DNA of 64,000 nucleotides, taken from Verrucomicrobiaceae bacterium (GTDB lineage Bacteria; Verrucomicrobiota; Verrucomicrobiia; Verrucomicrobiales; Akkermansiaceae). Below are positions 19,103-29,318 of this stretch, piece after piece. The position numbers and the translations under genes are program-made. The first letter of the stretch is position 1. Each line of letters begins with the position of its first letter. Location: the NCBI GenBank assembly GCA_051252135.1, contig JBPOGH010000005.1, positions 96,001 to 160,000 on the forward strand, in the 5' to 3' direction. The notes below the pieces were generated by a model. That model did not search any database. It saw nothing but the letters and a program-made list of their open reading frames with translations, and was not told the DNA's origin.

Positions 19103-20307
19103 TGGCAAAACCTGATAAAAACACCCGCCGCGCCGCCGTCTCAGCCCTTCGCGCCTGGTCAAAAGGACACGTCTACGCCGACTCCCTCATCGAGCGTCAC
19201 GCCGAACGCAATCACCTCTCCTCCCAGGACCGCGCCCTCCTCCAGGCCATCCTCCTCGGCGTCCTCCGCCATCGCAGCCTCCTCGACCACTGGATCGGAC
19301 GCTTCCGCAAAGGAAAACTCGATCCCGAAGTACGAGACATCCTCCGCGTCGGCTTCTGCCAACTCCTCATCCTCCGCATCCCGGACCACGCCGCCATCAA
19401 CGAGACCGTCAACTGCGCACGCGCCCCCATCCGCGGTCTCATCAACGCCGTTCTGCGAAAGGCCGCCACCACCCGCATGAAACTCCTGCGGGACATGGAT
19501 AACATCGATCCCGTCGTCCGCTTCTCCCACCCGGCATGGCTCTTCAAAAGATGGCGCAAATCCTTCGGCAAGGAAAAGACCGTGGCCCTCATGGATTGGA
19601 ATAACGCCCCCGCCGAAACCCACTTCCGCCCAAACCTCCTCTCCCCACCACCCGAGGACGCCCCCGAGCCCACCGACGCCCGCGAAGCCACCCGCTCGGG
19701 ACACTACTACATCACCGATCCCTCCACCGCCCACGCCCCCGAACTCCTCGCACCCCAACCCGGCGAAACCATCCTCGACGCCTGCGCCGCCCCCGGTGGC
19801 AAAGCCATCCAAATGGCCGGACTCATGGAAAACACCGGCAAGCTCGTCTGCACCGACTCCAACGAAAAACGCCTCCCGCGCCTCCGCGAAAATCTCCACC
19901 AATGCAAGGTCGCCAACGCCGAAATTCTCGAGCACGACTGGCTCCAACCCGCACCTCCCGAATGGCTCAACGCCTTCGATGGCATCCTCCTCGATGTCCC
20001 CTGCTCCAATACCGGCGTCTTCCGCAGACGCGTCGATGCCCGCTGGCGCATCCAACCCGGAGACATCGATGCCCTCATCGAAACCCAGACCCGCATCCTC
20101 GAGAATGCCATCCCCTGCCTCCGCCCCGGCGGTCGCCTCGTCTACTCCACCTGCTCCATCGACTCACAGGAGAACATCGACCTCGTCAACACCGTCGCCG
20201 CCCGATTCCCCCACCTCCTCCTCAAGGAATCCCGCCAACTTCTCCCCTTCGTCGATGAAACCGACGGCGCCTTCGCCGCTCTGCTCCTTGACCAGCGCCC
20301 GAACTAA
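19102..20307 (+). CDS. rsmB: 16S rRNA m5C methyltransferase RsmB/Sun (NusB-like N-terminal domain)
   Basis: LDACAAPGGK, LLDVPCSNTG, LVYSTCS; N-terminal HAAINETV. Confidence 0.88.
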   Translation: MAKPDKNTRRAAVSALRAWSKGHVYADSLIERHAERNHLSSQDRALLQAILLGVLRHRSLLDHWIGRFRKGKLDPEVRDILRVGFCQLLILRIPDHAAINETVNCARAPIRGLINAVLRKAATTRMKLLRDMDNIDPVVRFSHPAWLFKRWRKSFGKEKTVALMDWNNAPAETHFRPNLLSPPPEDAPEPTDAREATRSGHYYITDPSTAHAPELLAPQPGETILDACAAPGGKAIQMAGLMENTGKLVCTDSNEKRLPRLRENLHQCKVANAEILEHDWLQPAPPEWLNAFDGILLDVPCSNTGVFRRRVDARWRIQPGDIDALIETQTRILENAIPCLRPGGRLVYSTCSIDSQENIDLVNTVAARFPHLLLKESRQLLPFVDETDGAFAALLLDQRPN

Positions 20308-20324
20308 ACTATCATCTTCCGATC

Positions 20325-20924
20325 ATGAAAGAGCTTCTCCCCTTGGCGCTCATTGCCGCCCTTCTCGCCTCCTGCGCTCCCATCGATAGCTCCGGAGGCG
20401 GCTCCGGCACCGGCTACCTCTCCGGGTTCAACCGCGCCCCCACCCCCGAAGACACCGCCCCCCTCCACGCCCGCGGCTACTGGGATGGCGAAGGCGTCGA
20501 AGGACCACCCTCCATCGTCATCAAGCGCGATGAACAAAAGGCCTACTTCTACAAAGGCTCCCACCTCGTCGGCATGAGCCCCATCGCCACCGGGAAAACC
20601 ACCCACACCACCCCCGCCGGGAAATTCAAAGTCACCCAAAAAAGCCCGGACCACACCTCCTCCCTCTACGGCGTCATCCGCGATACCCGCACCGGCCAAA
20701 TCGTCAATGACGACGCAGACACCCGCAAAGACAAACCCGGGCCGGGACAGGTTTACGAAGGCGCACCCATGCCCTACTTCCTCCGCTTCAATGGCGGCGT
20801 CGGCATGCACGTCGGTCACCTCCCCGGATACGCCGCCTCCCACGGATGCGTCCGCATGCCCGAGCCCATGGCTAAAAAATTCTACGAAAACTCGCCCATC
20901 GGCACCCCCGTCACCGTCCTCTAG
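20325..20924 (+). CDS. L,D-transpeptidase (YkuD) family lipoprotein
   Basis: Lipobox LLASC; HVGHLPGYAASHGCVRM catalytic motif. Confidence 0.9.
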   Translation: MKELLPLALIAALLASCAPIDSSGGGSGTGYLSGFNRAPTPEDTAPLHARGYWDGEGVEGPPSIVIKRDEQKAYFYKGSHLVGMSPIATGKTTHTTPAGKFKVTQKSPDHTSSLYGVIRDTRTGQIVNDDADTRKDKPGPGQVYEGAPMPYFLRFNGGVGMHVGHLPGYAASHGCVRMPEPMAKKFYENSPIGTPVTVL

Positions 20925-20928
20925 TTTG

Positions 20929-21429
20929 ATGAAGTCCTCCTTTGTCATCACCCTCGTCGGACCGGACCGCTCCGGCCTCGTCGACTCCGTCGCTGACGTC
21001 ATCGCCCGCCACGGGGGAAGCTGGCAGGAAAGCCGCATGGCCCGCCTCGCCGGACAATTCGCCGGCATCCTCCACATCGACTGCCCCGTCACCTCCGCCC
21101 CCGCCCTCGAGGCTGACCTCGCCGCCCTCGATAACCTCCACCTCATCCTCGTTCCGCTTGGCGACTCCGATCTCCCCACCGGACAAGTCGTAAAACTCGA
21201 GATCGTCGGCCACGACCAACCCGGGATCATCAAACGCATCGCCTCCACCATCGCCTCCCACCAGGGCAACGTGGAAGAACTCGAAACCTTCCTCGAGTCC
21301 GCCCCCATGGCCGGCCACCTCCTCTTCCGCACCTGCGGCACCATCCGCCTCGCCGACGGACAAGACTCCTCCCTCCTCGTCCTCGCACTCGAAGAACTCG
21401 GGCCCGACCTCACCGTCGACATCCTCTAG
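20929..21429 (+). CDS. Tandem ACT-domain protein (GcvR-like)
   Basis: GPDRSGLV, SRMARLAGQFAG and second ACT repeat GHDQPGII. Confidence 0.85.
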   Translation: MKSSFVITLVGPDRSGLVDSVADVIARHGGSWQESRMARLAGQFAGILHIDCPVTSAPALEADLAALDNLHLILVPLGDSDLPTGQVVKLEIVGHDQPGIIKRIASTIASHQGNVEELETFLESAPMAGHLLFRTCGTIRLADGQDSSLLVLALEELGPDLTVDIL

Positions 21430-21631
21430 GCCTACCGGGTTAACCCTCGATGAATGCCTCACCAACGCGCTCCTCAAAGTTGATATTGCATTGCTTCACC
21501 ATCCAATAGCATCACTCCATCCTCTCCGTTTCCCTTCCGTCTATTTCTCTTCGGCCATTTCCACCTTACTCCGGCTCCACTCCGTTCCGGTTGCGGTTCT
21601 CATTCACTTCAACTAAATAGAACTAGCTCCC

Positions 21632-22303
21632 ATGCGCATCGACATCCTCACCCTCTTCCCCGAGATCGCCCTCGCTCCACTTCGGGAAAGCATGATGGGA
21701 CGCGCCCAAAAGTCGGACCTCGTCCAAATCCACGCCCACAACCTCCGGGATTGGGCCACCGACAAACACCGCCGCACCGACGACTACCTCTGCGGCGGCG
21801 GTCAGGGAATGCTCCTCAAGCCCGAACCCATCTTCGCCGCTATCGAAGAACTTCGCACCCCCGAGGCCAAAGTCATCCTCATGACTCCCCAGGGAAAAGT
21901 CTTCAAACAAGCCATCGCCCAAGAACTCTCCGCCGAAACCCACCTCATCTTCCTCTGCGGTCACTACGAGGGCGTCGACCACCGCGTCATCGAAGAACTC
22001 GTCGACCTCGAACTCTCCATTGGCGACTACATCCTCACCAACGGAGCCATCGCCGCCGCCGTCGTCACCGATGCCATCGTCCGCCTCCTCCCCGGAGCCC
22101 TCGGTGATGCCCGCTCCCCCGAGGACGAATCCTTCGCCGATCCCAACCTCCTCGAAGCCCCCGCCTACACCAAGCCCGCCGACTTCCGCGGCCTCAAGGT
22201 CCCCGACATCCTCTACTCCGGTCATCACGAAAAGATCGACCAATGGAAAAAAGAACAGGCCCTCAAACGCACCCGCGAAAACCGGCCCGACCTCCTTCAG
22301 TGA
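21632..22303 (+). CDS. trmD: tRNA (guanine37-N1)-methyltransferase
   Basis: MRIDILTLFPE, CGHYEGVDHRV, SIGDYILTNG, SGHHEKI. Confidence 0.96.
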   Translation: MRIDILTLFPEIALAPLRESMMGRAQKSDLVQIHAHNLRDWATDKHRRTDDYLCGGGQGMLLKPEPIFAAIEELRTPEAKVILMTPQGKVFKQAIAQELSAETHLIFLCGHYEGVDHRVIEELVDLELSIGDYILTNGAIAAAVVTDAIVRLLPGALGDARSPEDESFADPNLLEAPAYTKPADFRGLKVPDILYSGHHEKIDQWKKEQALKRTRENRPDLLQ

Positions 22304-24621
22304 GATAACGCAATCAGCACCTCGCGCCACTTCGCCCGAAATCCCTGATCCTCCGCCGCAAGCTTCTCCGCTGCCGCCTCCGCCTCGGCACGCATCCCCA
22401 CCAGCCATTCGAAGGCAATCGCCCGCTCCCGGGCAGCGACCGACGGCTCCTCCCCGTGCAACGACCGCTGGAGCTCCAAAAGTGACGCCACATCCACCTC
22501 GCTCCACGAAAGGGACTTCCCGTCCCCGCCCGTCAGCACTTTCCCGCTCAACTCCGTCACCTCAAAAATCCCACCCGCCCTCGTCTTCACCTCAAGCGGC
22601 AGCACCAACTTCAGATCGGCGTAAAACAGCTTCGCCTGATCAAAAAAGTAATTCCACCCCTCCACACTCTTGGGAGGGGCACTCTCCCCCGCCCCGTTCA
22701 ACAAAATCCGGGCATCTCCAAACCGCAACCGGGCACAAAGCTCATCCATCCGGCCCGTCCGCTCGCTCCATCCCAACCCCGGTAACTCGCCCGGACGCAA
22801 CTCCAGCCCCTTCCTCACCCGCATCAAATAAATGCGCAGGGACTTCAGATTCCTTCCCGCCCGACCCTTAGTCTTCAACTCCCCCTCCATCACCGCAAGC
22901 CGCGCCATTTGCTCCTCCGCTTCCTCGATCGATAACGGCCGCTCCCACCCCTGAATCGCCCCAAGCAATGCCGCATCCGCCAAATAATCCTCAACCTTGG
23001 ACTGATAAACCGGATACCACGAAAAATCTGACTCAATCTCCGCCCCCCTCACCTTCTCAAAAAACACAATCGCCTCCTCAAAAAGCCCCTGCTCCCAAAG
23101 CTTCAACCCCACCGCCATCGCCCCCACCCAGTCAACAATCCCTTGGGGAACCTCCGTAAGCGCTTCCTCCGGTGGTGGAGCCACCGTCGCAAGCACCTCA
23201 CTCAGCGCGATCAACTTCCCCGTCGTCGCACTCTCGTTCGACAATCCCTTCAGCCGCTTCCGAATCACACGCGCCTCCTCGCGCGCCTTCCCCGGCTCAC
23301 CGTTGAGCAACGCACTCACCGCCCCCTCCAACAACGCAAAAGACTGCGACGGCTCCTGCAGCCTGCCATCCTCCGAGATCTCGATAAACCTCCCCCGGGC
23401 CTTGTCATAATCCCCCTGAAATACCAAATCACGAGCCTCCGCCCACGCCTCCGTCGTCCCCCGTGATTCATCAAAAGCATGATCCACCGGCACACTCTCA
23501 ATCGGCCTCGGCTCCTCCACCTTCTTCACCACCTCCGGCTCCCGCTCCCAAGGTTTCATCTTCCAAAGCCCTGCTCCCAAAACCGCCACCACCGCTGCCG
23601 CCACCACCGGAATCATCCAGCGGGACTTTGCCGCTCTCCTCGCCGCCCGCCCCTCTCCATGAATCGGAATCCCCTCGGAATCCGCAGCCTCAACACGGGC
23701 CCTCCGCAACGCCTCCACCAAATCGTCATAACTCTCCCACCGGTGCTTGGGCTGAAATGCCATCATCCGGTCAATCGCCTCACACGTCGCACTCCCCAAC
23801 CACGGAGCCACCTTGGACAACCGCGGAATCGTCTGCTTCGCCCGCTTCAAAACCGCCCGACTCGTCGTCGTCGACTCAAAGGGAGGCTTCCCCGACAAAG
23901 CATGATAAAGCGTCGCTCCAAAAGCATACAAATCACTTCGAAAATCCTCCTCGCCCTGATCCAACGCCTCGGGGGGAACATAATACGGCGTCGCCCACAC
24001 CTCCTCCGCCTGCGCCGCCCCTCCATGGGTAATCAGCGCCAGACCAAAATCCACCAGCTTCGCACTCCCCTCCGGCGTCAGTAAAATATTTCCCGGCTTC
24101 ACATCACGGTGCAACACCCCGGACTCGTTGGCCGCCCGCAACCCCTCCGCCACCTCCAGCGCAATATCAAGAACCTCCGCTTCGGGAAGAGCTCCCCGCT
24201 TTGTCATCATCGCCTCGAAGCTCTGCCCCTTGATCAGCTCCATCACCAGGAAGTAACGGTCATACGCCTTTCCCACCGTGTAAATCTTCACCACATTCGG
24301 GTGATTCACCGCCGCCGTCAGCTTCGCCTCACGCTCAAAAGCCTCCACCCTCACCTCATCCACACTATACTGCTCGTTCAGGATCTTCACCGCCACCTCC
24401 CGGCCCAAGGTCTCGTCGATCGCGAGATAAATCACACTCATGCCACCCACGGCATAGCGTCTCTCCAAATAATACTTCCCCAGCTTCCGCTTCACGCGGG
24501 TCTCCACCTCGCAATGAGGACAGATCACCTTCGAGAACGGCTCAAAGCTCGTCACATCAAGCTCCTTCCCGCAACCGGAGCAACGGTCGATCACAAGCTC
24601 CTCTGGGGATATTTCGCTCAC
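22297..24621 (-). CDS. Membrane-anchored Hanks-type Ser/Thr protein kinase with N-terminal zinc ribbon
   Basis: CSGC...CPHC; VAVKIL, HRDVKPGN, DFG, YVPPE; TM segment then helical C-terminal domain. Confidence 0.9.
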   Translation of the reverse strand: MSEISPEELVIDRCSGCGKELDVTSFEPFSKVICPHCEVETRVKRKLGKYYLERRYAVGGMSVIYLAIDETLGREVAVKILNEQYSVDEVRVEAFEREAKLTAAVNHPNVVKIYTVGKAYDRYFLVMELIKGQSFEAMMTKRGALPEAEVLDIALEVAEGLRAANESGVLHRDVKPGNILLTPEGSAKLVDFGLALITHGGAAQAEEVWATPYYVPPEALDQGEEDFRSDLYAFGATLYHALSGKPPFESTTTSRAVLKRAKQTIPRLSKVAPWLGSATCEAIDRMMAFQPKHRWESYDDLVEALRRARVEAADSEGIPIHGEGRAARRAAKSRWMIPVVAAAVVAVLGAGLWKMKPWEREPEVVKKVEEPRPIESVPVDHAFDESRGTTEAWAEARDLVFQGDYDKARGRFIEISEDGRLQEPSQSFALLEGAVSALLNGEPGKAREEARVIRKRLKGLSNESATTGKLIALSEVLATVAPPPEEALTEVPQGIVDWVGAMAVGLKLWEQGLFEEAIVFFEKVRGAEIESDFSWYPVYQSKVEDYLADAALLGAIQGWERPLSIEEAEEQMARLAVMEGELKTKGRAGRNLKSLRIYLMRVRKGLELRPGELPGLGWSERTGRMDELCARLRFGDARILLNGAGESAPPKSVEGWNYFFDQAKLFYADLKLVLPLEVKTRAGGIFEVTELSGKVLTGGDGKSLSWSEVDVASLLELQRSLHGEEPSVAARERAIAFEWLVGMRAEAEAAAEKLAAEDQGFRAKWREVLIALSH

Positions 24622-24647
24622 AGGAGGATGAGGATAGTGGGCGGGGC

Positions 24648-24824
24648 CTAGCGACCTTCGTTCATCCCCCCAAGAACACCCTGACCGGTGTCCTTGCCGG
24701 GAATATTCCAGGGCATGCTGCCTGCCGCATCACTCCCCGGAGGTGGAACCGGCTTCCGCTCGGCGACCTTGTTGTTCGCACAGGAAAAAAGGCTCAAACA
24801 AACGAGAGGGAGAAGAAATTTCAT
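24648..24824 (-). CDS. Small lipoprotein (58 aa)
   Basis: MKFLLPLVCLSLFSC lipobox; TATTGT -10-like hexamer 7 nt upstream of ATG 24824. Confidence 0.7.
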   Translation of the reverse strand: MKFLLPLVCLSLFSCANNKVAERKPVPPPGSDAAGSMPWNIPGKDTGQGVLGGMNEGR

Positions 24825-24920
24825 CGCGTTCACAATAACCCCTCTGCCTGGTTTGAAAAGTCCCGATTCGTCACAATCTACGTGCCTCCACCCCCTTTCC
24901 CAAACCCCCAACCCCGCCAC

Positions 24921-24956
24921 AAAAAAAAGCCCCGTCCGCAGCGCGAACAGGGCTTT
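24921..24956 (-). terminator. Intrinsic terminator of fusA
   Basis: On the - strand GCCCTGTTCGC-gct-GCGGACGGGGC followed by T8. Confidence 0.85.
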
Positions 24957-24979
24957 AAAATGAGATACCGGGACGAAGC

Positions 24980-27073
24980 TTACTTCTTCCTCTTCTCTTC
25001 CTCGCGCTCCTTGGCCTCCGCGATCACCTTGTCGGAAATCATCTTCGGACATGCCGCATAGTGCTCGAATTCCATCGAGAACTGACCACGACCGGAGGTC
25101 ATCGTGCGGAGGTCACCAATGTAACCAAACATCTCGGAAAGAGGTGCCTGGGCCTTGATGCGGATACCGCCGGAAGCAGTGTCCTGTGACTGAATCATAC
25201 CACGGCGACGGTTCAGGTCACCGATGACATCACCGACGTGATCCTCGGGAGTGAACACATCCAGCTTCATGATCGGCTCGAGGATTTGCACTCCGGCCTT
25301 GGGCACGGACTGACGATAGGCGGCTCTTGCCGCGATTTCGAACGCCACAGCCGAGGAGTCCACAGCGTGGAATGCTCCATCGGAAAGAGTCACCTTAAAG
25401 TCCAAACAAGGATAACCGGCAAGCACACCCTTATCGAGTGAAGTCTTGAAGCCCTTCTCGACCGCAGACCAGAATTCCTTGGGAACGTTTCCGCCCACCA
25501 CTTTCGATTCAAACTGGAAACCTTCACCCGGCTCAAGCGGAGTCAGGGTGTAGTCAATCTTAGCAAACTGACCGGAACCACCGGACTGCTTCTTGTGAGT
25601 GTAGCTGTCGCTGAGTTCCTTGGTGATCGTCTCGCGGTAAGCCACCTGGGGAGCTCCCACAATCACTTCAACCTTGTGAGTCCGCTTCAGGATATCAACT
25701 TTAATGTCGAGGTGAAGCTCACCCATTCCCTTAAGAATGGTCTCACCGGAATCCAGATCGGTTTCAACACGGAAGGAGGGATCCTCCTGGATCATCTTAC
25801 CAAGAGCATTACCAAGCTTCTCCGCATTGGCCTTGTCAATCGGCGAAACCGCGAGGGAAATCACGGGATCCGGGAACACCATGGGCTCGAGAGTCGCAGG
25901 GTTGTTCTTGTCACACAAAGTGTGACCCGTTTGAACATTCTTAAGTCCAACAAGTGCGATGATGTCACCCGCCTGCGCGCTATCGAGCTCGGTCCGGGCA
26001 TCAGCATGCATCTCGACAAGACGGCCAACACGCTCGGTCTTGCCGGTGAAAGTATTGAGAATCGTGTCTCCCTTCTTGAGAGTACCCGAGTAAATCCGGG
26101 TGAAGGTCAGGGCGCCGAACTGGTCGTCCATGATCTTGAAGGCAAGCGCACGCAGCGGACCGTTGGCATCCGCAACAGCCACTTCACCGGTCTCATTGCC
26201 TTCGTCATCAAACTCGGGCTCCGGCTCCACCTCGAGAGGAGAAGGCAGGTAGTCCACCACAGCATTGAGGACATTCTGAACACCCTTGTTCTTAAATGCC
26301 GATCCACAGAAGGCCGGGAAGAAATCGAGGGCAATCGTTCCCTTGCGGATACAACGCTTGATGGTCGCAATGTCAGGCATGTTTCCTTCAAGGTAGGCTT
26401 CCATGACTTCATCGTCCTGCTCAACCGCAGTCTCGATCAACTCGTCGTGATACTTCTGGGCCTTCTCCTTGAGTTCCTCGGGAATCTCGGTGATTTCATA
26501 GTTCTCGGGAAGACCGGAATCATCCCAAACCCATGCTTTCATCTCAAGAACATCGACAACTCCCACGAAGGTGTCCTCAAAGCCAATCGGAATGGTCATC
26601 ACAAGCGGCTTCGCACCAAGGACATCCTTGGTCTGCTGAATCACGCGGAAGAAATCAGCACCAACCCGGTCCAGCTTGTTCACGAAGATGATCCGGGCCA
26701 CCTCCGAATCGTTCGCGTAGCGCCAGTTGGTCTCGGACTGTGGCTCAACACCACCGGATCCGCAGAACACACCCACGCCGCCATCAAGAACCTTCAGGGA
26801 ACGGTAAACCTCAATCGTGAAGTCAACGTGCCCCGGAGTATCGATGATGTTCATCCGGTGGTCATTCCAGAAACATGTGGTAGCAGCGGACTGAATCGTA
26901 ATTCCCCGCTCTGCTTCCTGCTCCATGAAGTCAGTGGTGGACTCACCATCGTGAACCTCACCCGTTTTGTGAATTTTACCAGTGAGCTTAAGAATACGCT
27001 CGGTAGTTGTGGTTTTTCCAGCATCCACGTGCGCGAAGATGCCGATGTTCCGGTATTTGGTGAGGTCAATCAT
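24980..27073 (-). CDS. fusA: Elongation factor G (stand-alone copy)
   Basis: [49 protein letters not shown]; 697 aa. Confidence 0.96.
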   Translation of the reverse strand: MIDLTKYRNIGIFAHVDAGKTTTTERILKLTGKIHKTGEVHDGESTTDFMEQEAERGITIQSAATTCFWNDHRMNIIDTPGHVDFTIEVYRSLKVLDGGVGVFCGSGGVEPQSETNWRYANDSEVARIIFVNKLDRVGADFFRVIQQTKDVLGAKPLVMTIPIGFEDTFVGVVDVLEMKAWVWDDSGLPENYEITEIPEELKEKAQKYHDELIETAVEQDDEVMEAYLEGNMPDIATIKRCIRKGTIALDFFPAFCGSAFKNKGVQNVLNAVVDYLPSPLEVEPEPEFDDEGNETGEVAVADANGPLRALAFKIMDDQFGALTFTRIYSGTLKKGDTILNTFTGKTERVGRLVEMHADARTELDSAQAGDIIALVGLKNVQTGHTLCDKNNPATLEPMVFPDPVISLAVSPIDKANAEKLGNALGKMIQEDPSFRVETDLDSGETILKGMGELHLDIKVDILKRTHKVEVIVGAPQVAYRETITKELSDSYTHKKQSGGSGQFAKIDYTLTPLEPGEGFQFESKVVGGNVPKEFWSAVEKGFKTSLDKGVLAGYPCLDFKVTLSDGAFHAVDSSAVAFEIAARAAYRQSVPKAGVQILEPIMKLDVFTPEDHVGDVIGDLNRRRGMIQSQDTASGGIRIKAQAPLSEMFGYIGDLRTMTSGRGQFSMEFEHYAACPKMISDKVIAEAKEREEEKRKK

Positions 27074-27173
27074 GATCTGTATCTCTGGAAGGGCGCGGTT
27101 TATGCCCAGAGAGAGGGTTTTGTCGAGCCTAGAGCGCGACTTTTTCCACTTCTCCGAGCAATTTCCGCCAACA

Positions 27174-27878
27174 TCACTTCGTGATTTTCAACTGAATATC
27201 CTTATAAAATACCGTGCTCTTGGGGTCATGTGCCTGAAAGGCGATCGTCCCCTTGGCCAACTTCCGTCCCCGCATCGAATCATTCGGTCCGTTCCAGCCC
27301 TCCGGCTCGGTATACTCCACCGTCTTCTCGCCATTGATCTTAAGCGTAATCTGAGACCCTTTCACAATGATGTGATAGTCAAACCACTCCTCATCCTTCG
27401 TCACCGCCTCCTTGATCACCATGTTCACCGCCCCATCCTTCATTTCAACATAGGGCGCCTGGTCCAAGTCGGACTCCACCCACAGATTCACCACCCCATA
27501 AAGACTCCCGCTTCGCTTCTTGTCACTCTGCGAAGAATTCACCTGCGCCTCATATCCCGCCGAAGGCCAACCCTCTTCCTGATACTGCGTCGCAAAATAT
27601 ACCCCCGAATTGGACCCCGCCGTCGTCTTGGCCTTCAACTTAAGCTCAAAATCACGAAATCCCGCATCTCCCTGCTCCCCCACGTAAAACAAATGTGCCC
27701 GATCACCGGTCACCTTCAACACCCCACCCTCTTCCACCGAAAACGCCGCCGGATTGTCCTTGCTCGACTTCCACCCCTTCAACGACTTCCCGTCGAAAAT
27801 TGGAGTAAACCCCTCTTCGGCCATCATAGCACCCGCAGCCACCAGACTGCCCATCATCAACGATATCATCTTACGCAT
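27174..27878 (-). CDS. DUF1080 (3-keto-disaccharide hydrolase-like) secreted protein
   Basis: Signal peptide; [29 protein letters not shown]. Confidence 0.88.
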   Translation of the reverse strand: MRKMISLMMGSLVAAGAMMAEEGFTPIFDGKSLKGWKSSKDNPAAFSVEEGGVLKVTGDRAHLFYVGEQGDAGFRDFELKLKAKTTAGSNSGVYFATQYQEEGWPSAGYEAQVNSSQSDKKRSGSLYGVVNLWVESDLDQAPYVEMKDGAVNMVIKEAVTKDEEWFDYHIIVKGSQITLKINGEKTVEYTEPEGWNGPNDSMRGRKLAKGTIAFQAHDPKSTVFYKDIQLKITK

Positions 27879-27916
27879 GGTCCACCCCATACGCACTCAA
27901 CCGCCCAAAACCTTCA

Positions 27917-29263
27917 CTAAAACCGCTCCGGATTCTCTTCTTTCCACAATTTCCAGCACGCCAAAAACCCCGGAGCAAAATCATCCGGACAGGCCCTCAC
28001 CCAGGCCTCAATCTGCCCCATCGAAAACCACCGCCCATACTCAATCTCCGCACAAGGAAACTTCACCTTCCCCTGCGCCAACGTCGCATACAGCCGCACG
28101 TGCTCCCATCCCGTGTTCGCATGAGCCCCCAATTTCCCCACTTCCAGCAAATCGTGATCCTTCAAGCCCAGCTCCTCACCCAACTCGCGCACCGCACACC
28201 CCTCATACTCCTCCCCCGCATCCACATGCCCCGCCGCACTGGAATCCCAAAGCCCCGGGCACTTGTCCTTCAACCGTGATCTCTTCTGCAGAAAAATGTC
28301 CCCCGCCTTGTTCAGCGCAAAAATATGCACCGCCCGATGCTTCAGATCGTCGCGATGAATCACATCTCTGCGCTCCGAACCAATGACCTCGTCATGTTCA
28401 TCCACCACCGCCAACATCTCGCCATCCCCCTGACCTTCGTCCTTCGAAAAGTCGGGATCCACCTCACGCGTCAAGGCCACCCACTCGTCCAAACTCAACT
28501 CCTCCGCGCGGGCCATCGGGTTCAAATTCAATTTCCCGCTCACCGCCTCCCAGTCAACATCGGCCGGAAGATTCTTCCGCAACTGCTTCCGCCGCTGCGA
28601 AAAACCACGCCGCACCAACTCGTCGAACAAAATCCGGTCATGCACCGGCAAGGCTTCCTGCCGCGGCTCCAGCGTCATCACCGTGGAATCAATCATCGGC
28701 TGCGGGTAGAAACAGCTCGGCGGAACCACCTTCACCCGCTCCCCCTGCCACTCACACTGCATTCGCAACGTCAGCACCCCGTAATCCTTGCAGCGCGGCC
28801 CCGCCAAAATCCGGTCAATCATCTCCTTCTGCAGCATCAGCACCGCCTTGGAAAACGCCGACGGACCCTTCAAAAAATTCCGCAAAATCGCCCCCCCGGC
28901 CGAATACGGCAGATTCCCCAACAACTTCACCGGACGCTCCGCAAAAAATTCCCGCGTATCCACCTTCACCGCGTCATCATTGACCACCACCACGTCATCC
29001 CGCCCGCCGAAACGCCGCTTGAGATAGTCCGCCAAACGACGGTCATACTCGATCAAAATCACCTTCTTCGCCTTCCCCACCACATGCTCCGTCAACGCCC
29101 CCGTCCCCGGCCCCACTTCCACCACCGTATCCTCCGGCTGAATGTCCAACTGACCCACAATCCACTCCGCCGTATTCTGATCGACCAAAAAATTCTGCCC
29201 CAGCTTCCGCGATGGGACCACCCCCACCTCCGCAAGCACTTCCTTTAATTCAGTCGCCGTCAC
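27917..29263 (-). CDS. rsmA: 16S rRNA dimethyladenosine transferase RsmA/KsgA fused to a C-terminal NUDIX domain
   Basis: LGQNFL, VVEVGPGTG, GNLPY, FSQRRKQL; C-terminal NUDIX box GHVDAGEEYEGCAVRELGEELGL. Confidence 0.92.
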   Translation of the reverse strand: MTATELKEVLAEVGVVPSRKLGQNFLVDQNTAEWIVGQLDIQPEDTVVEVGPGTGALTEHVVGKAKKVILIEYDRRLADYLKRRFGGRDDVVVVNDDAVKVDTREFFAERPVKLLGNLPYSAGGAILRNFLKGPSAFSKAVLMLQKEMIDRILAGPRCKDYGVLTLRMQCEWQGERVKVVPPSCFYPQPMIDSTVMTLEPRQEALPVHDRILFDELVRRGFSQRRKQLRKNLPADVDWEAVSGKLNLNPMARAEELSLDEWVALTREVDPDFSKDEGQGDGEMLAVVDEHDEVIGSERRDVIHRDDLKHRAVHIFALNKAGDIFLQKRSRLKDKCPGLWDSSAAGHVDAGEEYEGCAVRELGEELGLKDHDLLEVGKLGAHANTGWEHVRLYATLAQGKVKFPCAEIEYGRWFSMGQIEAWVRACPDDFAPGFLACWKLWKEENPERF

Positions 29264-29318
29264 CCCTGTCCTTTGAATTGCCGGACCCTCCAATGTCCAC
29301 TAAAATCACTCCGCAACC

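Noticed and set aside
21430..21631. 200-nt pyrimidine-rich intergenic gap before trmD with short TCCG-type repeats
   Set aside because: Only ORFs of about 20 codons on the - strand, no stable hairpin or regular periodicity; no support for a gene or ncRNA.
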